Positions 1-11,139 of a stretch of 64,000 nucleotides of DNA are shown piece by piece. The notes under the pieces were generated by a model that did no database searches, was not told where the DNA came from, and saw only the letters and a list, made by a program, of their open reading frames with translations. The DNA is from the human T2T-CHM13v2.0 reference genome, Homo sapiens: assembly GCF_009914755.1 (NCBI RefSeq), contig NC_060925.1; one strand, 5' to 3'. Each line of letters opens with the position of its first letter. Position 1 is the first letter of the stretch. A program made the translations under genes and the position numbers.

Positions 1-1210
1 GGATATTGAGTTATTTATCAATTACTCATTTTTGTTCACTTTGTTAAAGAACAGTTGGTTGAAAATATGATGCTTTATTTTTGATTTCTCTATTAAGTTC
101 CATTGGTCTATCTTGTTAATTTTTGTATCAGTACCATGCTGTTTTGGTTATTGTAGCCTAATAGTAAAGTTTGAAGTCAGGTAGTGTGATTCCTCTGGCT
201 TTGTTCTTTTCCCTTTGGATTGCTTTGGCTATCTGGGCTTATTTTTGGTTCCATATGAATTTTGGGATAGTTTTTTTCTAAGTCTGTGAAAAATGATGTT
301 GGTGATTTGATACAAATAACATCAAATCTGTAGATTGCTTTGGGCAGTATGAACATTTTAATAATATTGATTCTTCAAATCCATGAGCATGAAATGTTTT
401 TCCATTTGTTTGTGTCCCGTATGATTTCTTTCAGCAGTGTTTTGTAATTCTCTTTGGAGAGATCTTTTGCCCCTTTCGTTAAAGGTATTCATAGATATTT
501 TACTTTTTTTGGTGGATACTGCAAATGGGGTTGCATTCTTTATTTGGCTCTCAGCTTGAATGTTATTGGTGTATAGTAATGCTACTAGGTTTAGTACATT
601 GACTTTGTATCTGAAGTTTTATTGAAATTGTTTGTCCACTCCAGGAGACTTTTGGTGGAATCTTTAGAGTTTTCTACAGATAAAACTATATCATCAGTGA
701 AGAGAGGTAATTTGACTTCCTATTTAGTTATTTGGATGCTTTGCATTTTGTTCTCTTGACTAATTGCTTTGGCTTGGTCTTCCAGCACTATGTTGAATAA
801 GAGTGGTGAGAGTGGGCATCCTTGTCTTGTTCCAGTTCTTAAGAGGAATGCTTTTGGTCATTCAGTATGATGTTGGCTATGGGTTTGTTGTATATGGCTT
901 TTATTATTTTGAAGTAAGTTCCTTTGATGCCTGGTTTGTTGACGGTCCAGGGACTTTTTTGGTTGGTAAGTTTTTATTGCTGATTCAGTTATGGAACTCG
1001 TTATTGCTCTGTTTAGCGTTTCAAATTCTTCCTGGTTCTATCTTGAGAGATTATGTGTTTGCAGGAATTTACCCATTTCCTCTAGATTTTATAGTTTGTG
1101 TGCATAGAGGTATTTATAGTAGTTTCTGGGGGATCTTTTGTATTTCTGTGGGATCAGTTGTAATGTCACCTTTTCCATTTCTGCTTATGCTTATTTGGAT
1201 CATGTCTCTT
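1..1210 (-). mobile_element. Old L1 (L1PB/L1MA-type) ORF2 fragment
   Basis: Antisense ORF2 motifs, e.g. tgttgaataagagtggtgagagtgggcatccttgtcttgttccagttctt. Confidence 0.85.
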
Positions 1211-1213
1211 TCT

Positions 1214-2110
1214 TTTTTTTTAACACTTTTATCTTAAGTTTAGGGGTACTTGCACAGGCTTGTTACATAGATAAACTTCTGTCATGAAGGTTTGTGGTAC
1301 AGATTATTTAATCACCCAGGTATTCAGCTTAGTACCCACTAGTTTTTTTTCCTGATCCTCTCCCTCCTCCTACCCTGTAACCTCCAATAGGCCCCAGTGT
1401 GTGTTGTTCCCCTCTATGTGTCCATGTATTCTCATCATTTTGCTCCCACTTATGAGAACATGTGGTATTTTGATTTCTGTTCCTGTGTAGTTTGCTAAGG
1501 ATAATGGCCTTTATTTAGCTCCATCCATGTCCTATAAAGGGCATTATCTCATTCCTTTTTGTGGCTGCATAGTATTCCATGGTGTATATGTACCACGTTT
1601 TCTTTATCCAGTCTATCATTAATGGACATTTAGGTTGACTCCATGTCTTCACTATTGTGAATAATGCTGCAATAAACATTCACGTGCATGTGTCTTTATA
1701 ATAGAACAATTTATATTTCCCTGGGTATATACCCAGTAATGGGATTGTTGGGTTGAGTGGTATTTCTGTTTTTAGCTCTTTGAGGAATTGCCCCACTTTC
1801 TTCCACAATGGTTGAACTAATTTATACTCCCACCAACAGTGTATAAGTGTTCCTTTTTCTCCACTACTTCACCAGCATCTGTTATTTTTGGACTTTTTAA
1901 TAATAGCCATTCTGACTGATGTGAGATGGTATCTCATTGTGGTTTTGATTTGCATTTCTCTAATGATAAGTGATGTTGAGCTTTCTCTTATATGATTGTT
2001 GGCCACATGTATGTCTTCTTTCGAGAAGTGTCTGTTCATGTCCTTTTCCCACTTTTTGATGGGACTCTTTTTCTTGTAAATTTATTTAAGTTCCTTATAA
2101 GTGCTGGATT
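1214..2110 (-). mobile_element. L1PA (older, about PA13-16) 3' end
   Basis: T tail, then antisense 3' UTR (tgttacatag...atcacccagg...cctgatcctctccctcctcc) and ORF2 C-terminus. Confidence 0.85.
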
Positions 2111-2119
2111 TAAACTTTA

Positions 2120-2340
2120 TTAGATCTTGTTGAGCTTCCTTATCATCCAGATTCTGAGTCCTATATCTGTCATTTCATACATTTCAGTCTGGTTAGGTTC
2201 ATTGCTAAGGTTCATTTTCAAGGTAACAAAACACCTCGGACTTTTTGAATTGCTGGAGTTATTGTGTTGATTCCTTCTCGTGAGGGAGCTGGCACTTCTT
2301 TTTCTTTTTGAATTTGTTGCCATTTGGATGAGGTTTATAT
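2120..2340 (-). mobile_element. L1 ORF1 N-terminal fragment
   Basis: Minus frame reads ...NQTEMYEMTDIGLRIWMIRKLNKI, resembling the ORF1p N-terminus. Confidence 0.6.
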
Positions 2341-2347
2341 ATACATA

Positions 2348-2430
<83 letters not shown>
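2335..2430. repeat. Compound (TA)n(CA)n microsatellite
   Basis: Directly visible. Confidence 0.95.
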
Positions 2431-2431
<1 letters not shown>

Positions 2432-2759
2432 GAGAATGAGTTCTTTCAGAGAGCCAAGGCTCTGTACAGGTTCCTAGGTTGTAGATAGTTTCCTGCAGTG
2501 GGTTTCACAGGCAATGAGTGTTGGTGAAATGCACTTTTGTTTGGTGATGTACTTCAGGCTGCAGTCAAGTAGATGGTGCTTAACAGCAGGGCTGACAGTC
2601 TCTTAGTCAGCTGTACACTTGTTTTGTTTTTCAGCGTGTTTGTAGCAATGCTCTGGGAAGAGGAGATGGGGGTCAATATATGGCTCCCTCTACAAGTCCA
2701 TTCCCAGGTTTGGGTAACATCACCTTCGATTACTGGTGCTTTGTCCACTTTTTCTTTGT

Positions 2760-3560
<801 letters not shown>

Positions 3561-3711
3561 GGATTTTTTTTTGGATATGACACCAAAAGCACCAGCAACA
3601 AAAGCAAAAATAGACAAACAGGATTGTTTCAAACTAAAAAGCTTCTGTGCAGCAAAGGAGACAATAGAGTGAAGAGGCAACCTACAGAAGGGGAGAAAAT
3701 ACGTGTAAACT

Positions 3712-4040
<329 letters not shown>

Positions 4041-4954
4041 TTAATAGTCAAAATACATAAAGAACTCATGCAACACAATAGCAAAACAAAACAAAACAAA
4101 ACAAAACCCTAATTAAAAATGAACAAAGAATCTGAATAGACACTTTTCTTAAAAAAAAAGCATACAAATAGCCAATAGATATATTAAAAGGTGCGCAATA
4201 TCACTAATCATCAGAGACATGCAAATCAAAACCATAGTTAGATATCCCCTCCTACCTGTTAGGATGGCTATTGTTAAAAATACAAAAGAAAAGAAGTGTT
4301 GATGAGGATGTGGAGAAAAAAGAACCCTTGTATTCTTTTGGTAGCCATGTAAATTGGTATATCCATTATGGCAAACAGTACGCAGGTGCCTCAAAAAATT
4401 AAAAATAGAATTACCATATGTTCCAGCAATCCCACTTTTGTAAATATGTCCAAAGGAAATAGAATCACTATCTCAAAGAGCTATCTGCACTCTCATGTTC
4501 ATTGCAGCACTATTCACAATAGCAAAAATGTGAAAAAAAAACTGAGTGTTCATTGACATATGAATGGATAAATAAAATTTGATATATATAATGGATGTTA
4601 TTCAATCTTTAAAAAGAAAATCCTGCCATTTGTAACAACACAGGTGAAACTGGAGGACATTATGTGAAGTGAAATAAGCCAGAAACAGAAAGAAAAATGC
4701 TGCATAATCTTGTGTGAGGATTCGAAAGTAGTCAAACTCATGGAAACAGAATAGAATGGGGATTTCCAGGGATTGCAGTAAGGGAGAAGTGAGGAGATGT
4801 TGGTAAAAGGTAGATAGTTCCAGTTATGCAAGATAAGTTCTGGAGGTCTAATGCACGGCAATGTGACTATAGTGAACAATACTCTATTGTGTAGTATTTG
4901 AATTGCTAAGAGGGAGGATCTTAGATGTTCTCACTATAAAAAATAAGAAAAAAT

Positions 4955-6700
4955 GGCCAGGCGCGGTGGCTCATGCCTGTAATCCCAGCACTTTGGGAGG
5001 CTGAGGCGAGCGGATCACGAGGTCAGGAGATCGAGACCATCCTGGCTAACACAGTGAAACTCCATCTCTACTAAAAATACAAAAAATAAAAATAAAAAAT
5101 AAAAAAATTAGCCGGGCATACTGGCTGGTGCCTGTACTCCCATCTACTCGGGAGGCTGAGGCAGGAGAATGGTGTGAACCTGGGAGGCGGAGCTTGCAGT
5201 GAGCCAAGATCATGCTGTGTCCGGAATTGGTGGGTTCTTGGTCTCACTGACTTCAAGAATGAAGCCGCGGACCCTCACGGTGAGTGTTACAGTTCTTAAA
5301 GGCGGTGTGTCCGGAGTTTGTTCCTTCTGATGTTCAGATGTGCTGGGAGTTTCTTCCTTCTGGTGGGTTCGTGGTCTCGCTGGCTCAGGAGTGAAGCTGC
5401 AGACCTTCGCAATGAGTGTTACAGCTCTTAAGGCAGCACGTCTGGAGTTGCTCGTTCCTCCCGGTGGGCTCGTGGTCTCGCTGGCTTCAGGAGTGAAGCT
5501 GCAGACCTTCGAGGTGAGTGTTACAGCTCATAAAGGCAGTGTGGACCCAAAGAGTGAGCAGTAGCAAGATTTATTGCAAAGAGCGAAAGAACAAAGCTTC
5601 CACAGTGTGGAAGGGGACCCCAGCGGGTTGCCACTGCTAGCTGGGGGCAGCCTGCTTTTATTCTTTTATCTGGCCCCACCCACATCCTGCTGATTGGTAG
5701 AGCCAAGTAGTCTGTTTTGACAGGGTGCTGATTGGCGAGTTTACAATCCCTGAGCTAGACACAAATGTTCTCCACGTCCCCACCAGATTAGCTAGATACA
5801 GAGTGTGGACACAAAGGTTCTCCAAGGCCCCACCAGAGTAGCTAGATACAGAGTGTTCATTGGTGCATTCACAAACCCTGAGCTAGACACAGGGTGCTGA
5901 TTGGTGTGTTTACAAACCTTGAGCTAGAGACAGAATGCCAATTGGTGTATTTACAATCCCTGAGCTAGACATAAAGATTCTCCACGTTCCCACCAGACTC
6001 AGGATCCCAGCTGGCTTCACCTAGTGGATCCTGCACTGGGGCTGCAGATGGAGCTGCCTGCCAGTCCCCCGCCGTGAACCCGCACTCCTCAGCCCTTGGG
6101 TGGTTGATGGGACTGGGCGCCGTGGAGCAGGGGGCTGCGCTCATCGGGGAGGCTCCGGCCGCACAGGAGCCCATGGAGGGGGTGGGAGTCTCAGGCATGG
6201 CGGGCTGCAGGTCCCGAGCCCTGCCCCACGGGGAGGCAGCTAAGGCCTGGTGAGAAATCAAGCACAGCGCTGGTGGGCTGGCACTGCTGGGGGATCCAGT
6301 ACACCCTCCGCAGCCGCTGGCCCGGGTGCTAAGTCTCTCATTGCTCGGGGCCGGCAGGGCCGGCTGGCTGCTCCGAGTGCAGGCCCGCCAAGCCCACGCC
6401 CACCCTGCACTCCAGCTGGAACCGCCCGCAGCCCAGGTTCCCGCTCGCGCCTCTCCCTCCACACCTCCCTGCAAGCTGAGGGAGCCGGCTCCGGCCTTGG
6501 CCAGCCCAGAAAGGGGCTCCTACAGTGCAGCGGCGGGCTGAAAGGCTTCTCAAGTGCTGCCAAAGTGGGAGCCCAGGCAGAGGAGGCACCGAGAGCAAGC
6601 AAGGTCTGTGAGGACTGCCAGCACGCTGTCACCTCTCAATGCCACTGCACTCCAGCCTGGGTGACAGAGTGAGAATCCGTCTCAAAAAGAAAAAAAAAAG
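4955..6700 (+). mobile_element. AluY-like element split by LTR12 (4955-5215 and 6643-6700)
   Basis: gagccaagatcatgc|LTR|atgccactgcactccagcc; flanked by aagaaaaaatg-like TSD. Confidence 0.92.
5216..6638 (-). mobile_element. Solo LTR12 (LTR12C-like, HERV9/ERV9)
   Basis: Termini tgtgtccggaattggtggg...gcacgctgtcacctctca; tandem gattgg/gctagatac enhancer units; 4-bp TSD ATGC at 5212-5215 and 6639-6642. Confidence 0.95.
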
Positions 6701-7343
6701 AAAAAATGTAACTATGTGAAGTGATGGATATGGTAATAACTTGACTGTGGCGATTACTTCACAGTATATACATATATCATAACATCATGTTGTGCACCTT
6801 AAGTATACCCAATTTAAAAAAAATTAAGGTAGAATATAAATATATAATTTATCATCTTCACCATTTTAAAATGTACAGCTCAGTGGCAATAAATACTTTT
6901 TTATACTCAATTTTTATTTGTTGGTTGTACCTCACTAAAGCTGAAAAATATATTTGAATAAATGTTAAAGAAATGTAAGTATACACAAACAAGAAAATAA
7001 GTATGTAGAAATTGCAATCTTTCCTGAAAATAAGCCAAAAGAATAAAACTCGTATTTAAATTCTTTGAAAAAAAATTAGCAGATGGAACATTTTCTTACA
7101 TTTGTACAAATGTACTCAAAAATTTTATTTTAAATCAATTTTAATGAGTTATCTCCCATAAATTTCTTACATAGAAAGATTAAGTTGTCCAAAGGCACAT
7201 CTTATAATATGTTTTGAGAGAATTTTCTGGTTTTGGCAAAAGGGGATCTGCGAATGTGACTGGGGCAGCCTCAGGAAAACATAAGAGGGGGAATTTCTTT
7301 TTAAAAGAGACCTCTGGCCACAGACACTAAGTATTTTTAGTAA

Positions 7344-7671
<328 letters not shown>

Positions 7672-8019
7672 CACTGATGGAATTTTGTAAAGCAGGAAGG
7701 AAATAATTGTACCATATAATGTTACAAAAATTAAAATTAATATATATTTTTTCTTTGGAATTTATCTTCTGGATAATTTTAATTTAGAAGGAATTTCATT
7801 ATTTTGTTAATGATTATGGGGTTGCTGTCAGACATTATTTCTACTTTGCTCAGTAATTTGCAGTTATCTGTGAGTTCTGTAGCCTCAAAATTAAAAACTA
7901 GGGTGTGGTTATCTTTACTTACATAAAAGTGCAATTTTTTGTGGAATAACAACATTGTTTTATTCTCTAAATATACTTTGCTTTATTTTACTTTGCAAAT
8001 GATTTTAAAATTCTCCCTC

Positions 8020-8299
8020 TTTTTTTTTTTTTTGAAACAGAGTCACACTCTCCTGCCCAGGATGTAGTACAGTGGCACAATCTCAGTTCCCTGCAATCTC
8101 CACCTCCTAGGCTCAAGCAATTCTCCTGCCTCAGCCTCCTGAGTAGCTGGAATTACAGGCACACATCATGGCACCTGGCTAATTTTTACTTTTTTTGGTA
8201 GAGACAGGGTTTCGCCATGTTGGCAAGGCTGGTCTCGAATTCGCCTGCCTTGGCTTCCCAAAGTGCTGGGATTACGGGTGTGAGCCACCGTGCCTGGCC
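8020..8299 (-). mobile_element. Alu (AluS/J)
   Basis: Antisense Alu dimer with T tail. Confidence 0.9.
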
Positions 8300-8317
8300 T
8301 GATTCAAAAATTCTAAT

Positions 8318-8630
8318 GGCCGGGGCACGGTTGCTCACGCCTGTAATCTCAGCACTTTGGGAGGCCGAGGCGGGTGGATCACGAGGTCAGGAGATCGAGA
8401 CCGTCTTGGTCAACATGAAGAAACCCTGTCTCTACTAAAAATACAAAAAATAGATGGTCATGGTGGCTCTTGCCTGTAATCCCAGCTGCTCAGGAGGCTG
8501 AGGCAGGAGAGTCGTTTGAACCAGGGATTCGGGGGTTGCAATGAGCCGAGATCCTGTGGCTGCACTGCAGCCTGGGCAACAGAGCAAGACAGCAAGACTC
8601 CGTCTCAGGAAAAAACAAAACAAAACAAAA
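8318..8630 (+). mobile_element. Alu (AluSc-like)
   Basis: Sense Alu; TSD aaaaattctaa. Confidence 0.9.
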
Positions 8631-8849
8631 ATTCTAAGGAATACAGTTACTTGTAGTATTGATGTTTGGCATAGGTCATTCCAATCTTTTTATTATGTAT
8701 TATTGTTTTTGTAGGTTATTATATATTCTCTTGAATATTTATCTTTGTTTACTGTTCATAATTTTATTATGAAACCAATTTTGGATTTACATAGCGATTT
8801 ATAGATAGATTTACATAGCAACTTATAGCTTTGAATGTATTTGTAGAAA

Positions 8850-9818
8850 AGAAAGAGTATTGAAAATAAATGTAGACATTCTACTCAGGAAACAAGGAAA
8901 CTTTTTTTAATCTTTCTTTAACCTTAGAATTTAGAAATGATAATAAGATGAAACTAGGTTTGGACCTTTTTCTTTTGTTTTTTTGTTTGCAGTTTTTTTT
9001 TCTTTTTTTAATTATTTTTATTTATTTATTTATTTTTTATTATTATACTTTAAGTTCTAGGGTACATGTGCACAACGTGAAGGTTTGTTACATATGTATA
9101 CATGTGTCGTGTTGGTGTGCTGCACCCATTAACTCGTCATTTACATTAGGTATATCTCTTAATGCTATCCCTCCCCCCTCCCCCCACCCCACAACAGGCC
9201 CCGGTGTGTGATGTTCCTCTTCCTGTGTCCATGTGTTCTCATTGTTCAATTCCCACCTATGAGTGAGAACATGCGGTGTTTGGTTTTTTGTCCTTGTGAT
9301 AGTTTGCTGAGAATGATGGTTTCCAGCTTCATCCATGTCCCTACAAAGGACATGAACTCATCATTTTTTATGGCTGCATAGTATTTCATGGTGTATATGT
9401 GCCACATTTTCTTAATCCAGTCTATCATTGTTGGACATTTGGGTTGGTTCCAAGTCTTTGTTATTGTGAATAGTGCCACAATAAACATACGTGTGCATGT
9501 GTCTTTATAGCAACATGATTTATAATCCTTTGTGTATATACCCAGTAATGGGATGGCTGGGTCAAATGGTATTTCTAGTTCTAGATCCCTGAGGAATCGC
9601 CACCCTGACTTCCACAATGGTTGAACTAGTTTACAGTCCCACCAACAGTGTAAAAGTGTTCCTATTTCTCCACATCCTCTCCAGCACCTCTCCAGCACAG
9701 AAAGAGTATTGAAAATAAATGTAGATATTCTACTCAGGAAACAAGGAAACTTTTTATCTTTCTTTTAACTTAGAATTTAGAAATGATAATAAGATGAAAC
9801 TAGGTTTGGACCTTTTTC
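8850..9818 (+). repeat. ~120-bp direct repeat (8850-8972 and 9699-9818) flanking the L1PA
   Basis: agaaagagtattgaaaataaatgtaga...ctaggtttggacctttttc present on both sides. Confidence 0.95.
8973..9698 (-). mobile_element. 5'-truncated L1PA (about PA4-5)
   Basis: T-rich tail, antisense 3' UTR, ORF2 C-terminus ...[26 protein letters not shown]...[10 protein letters not shown]. Confidence 0.93.
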
Positions 9819-10869
9819 AATAATTCTGACCACCGTTCAGTAAATTTACTGTATAAGAAAAGTAGAGGTTTGGGGTTGAATTTTGTTTTATTTTTTCCCA
9901 AAGATGTCTATCTCTGATATCTTAGGGCCTGGCAATTGTTTTTGGTCATAGGTGGGCTCTGAATAAATGTCAGTTGAACAAATATATAAAAACCAAACAA
10001 AGGAATGTTATTTCAACTGCCTTCAGAGTGTCACAACAAATATCAATGAAAAAGAAACAAAAATAAAGACTCAATTAATTCTCCAGTGAACACTTCAGTC
10101 CTCTAAAGGTACTTCCCTGTGTCCACCCAAACTGCTCTCTAACCGAACGCAAGCAAGGGGACTCCAATGCTCTCAGGCCATGAACTAATGAGGAGCTTCA
10201 TGCCTGCCCTCAGTCTTTCTTCATACCCAGGGCAAAGCTGGCCCACAGACTTCCAGACATGCTCTCTTCGTTTGGGTAGAGATGGGGATCCAAGTCCCCT
10301 ATGTATTTCCTCCAGAGCCACCTGTAAAACATGGGTGAAATCTACCTGCCCTCTAGCTCACCACTTCCAGGTCAAGCCCACTCATGGACCACTTTAACAG
10401 TGACAGTTGGCTTGACTGGGGAAACTGAAAAAAAGGAGCTTTCTTTAGATTTTCTGATAATCTGCATTGCCATTGCTGCTCCTTTTTCAGCAGCACAGAG
10501 AGTTGGATTATGGAGGGTTGCCTGCTTATTATGCAGCTACATCCAGGATGCTGAGTGTCTTCTGATCATGATCAAGAGCAGAGTGAAGAGATACAGGCGG
10601 AGGAGAGGATCACAGAGAGGTAGAAGTGGGAGACTGGTGGATAGGTCACTAGGCACCACTGAGTGACTACCATCACTTCTCACAGATTAGATTATTGACA
10701 AGCCAAGTATGGATTTGATTTCTACAAGGCCAAAAGCTACTCCATCTTCTAGCCAGACCACAGACTTTGTTTTAAGCCAGGACTCGTTTTCCAGCAGTTA
10801 GTGCAATTAGGGAGGTTGGGAGGATGTACACAAGAGCAGGGAGAAAATCTGGAGCCAGACAGTGAGAGA

Positions 10870-11081
10870 GGCAGAGGGGAAATGAAAAACCCCGTGGGAG
10901 GCTGCAGCAAAGCGAGGCAGTGTGGCTTCTCTGACAGGGAAGTCAGCAGAGGGAGAGGTTTGTCTGTCTGTACAGCAAGGGAAGTCAGACGAGAGTGCAA
11001 GAGGGTGTGGAGAGGGGTACTGATATCTGAATTATTAGGGCAGGTGTCCTGCCAAGGAATCCCTCCTTTAACAGAGCTTCA
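10870..11081 (+). promoter_or_regulatory. CD1E proximal promoter/5' UTR with Ets-IRF composite and ETS motifs
   Basis: GGAAATGAAA at 10878-10887; AGGGAAGTCAG at 10936-10946 and 10978-10988; no clear TATA box. Confidence 0.55.
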
Positions 11082-11139
11082 ATGCTGCTCCTGTTCCTCC
11101 TCTTCGAGGGTCTCTGCTGTCCTGGGGAAAATACAGCAG
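11082..11139 (+). CDS. CD1E: CD1E exon 1 coding part (signal peptide)
   Basis: ATG at 11082; [19 protein letters not shown]; donor CAG|gtaaga at 11140. Confidence 0.96.

Noticed and set aside
803-1237. 144-aa hydrophobic ORF
   Set aside because: Antisense reading of L1 ORF2; T-richness explains the hydrophobicity.
2120-2477. ORFs with YI/TH/CV repeats
   Set aside because: Translation of the (TA)n(CA)n microsatellite.
5965-6672. Overlapping 120-170-aa GC-rich ORFs (also 31077-31804)
   Set aside because: They lie within the GC-rich part of LTR12, where stop codons are scarce; there is no evidence of a gene.
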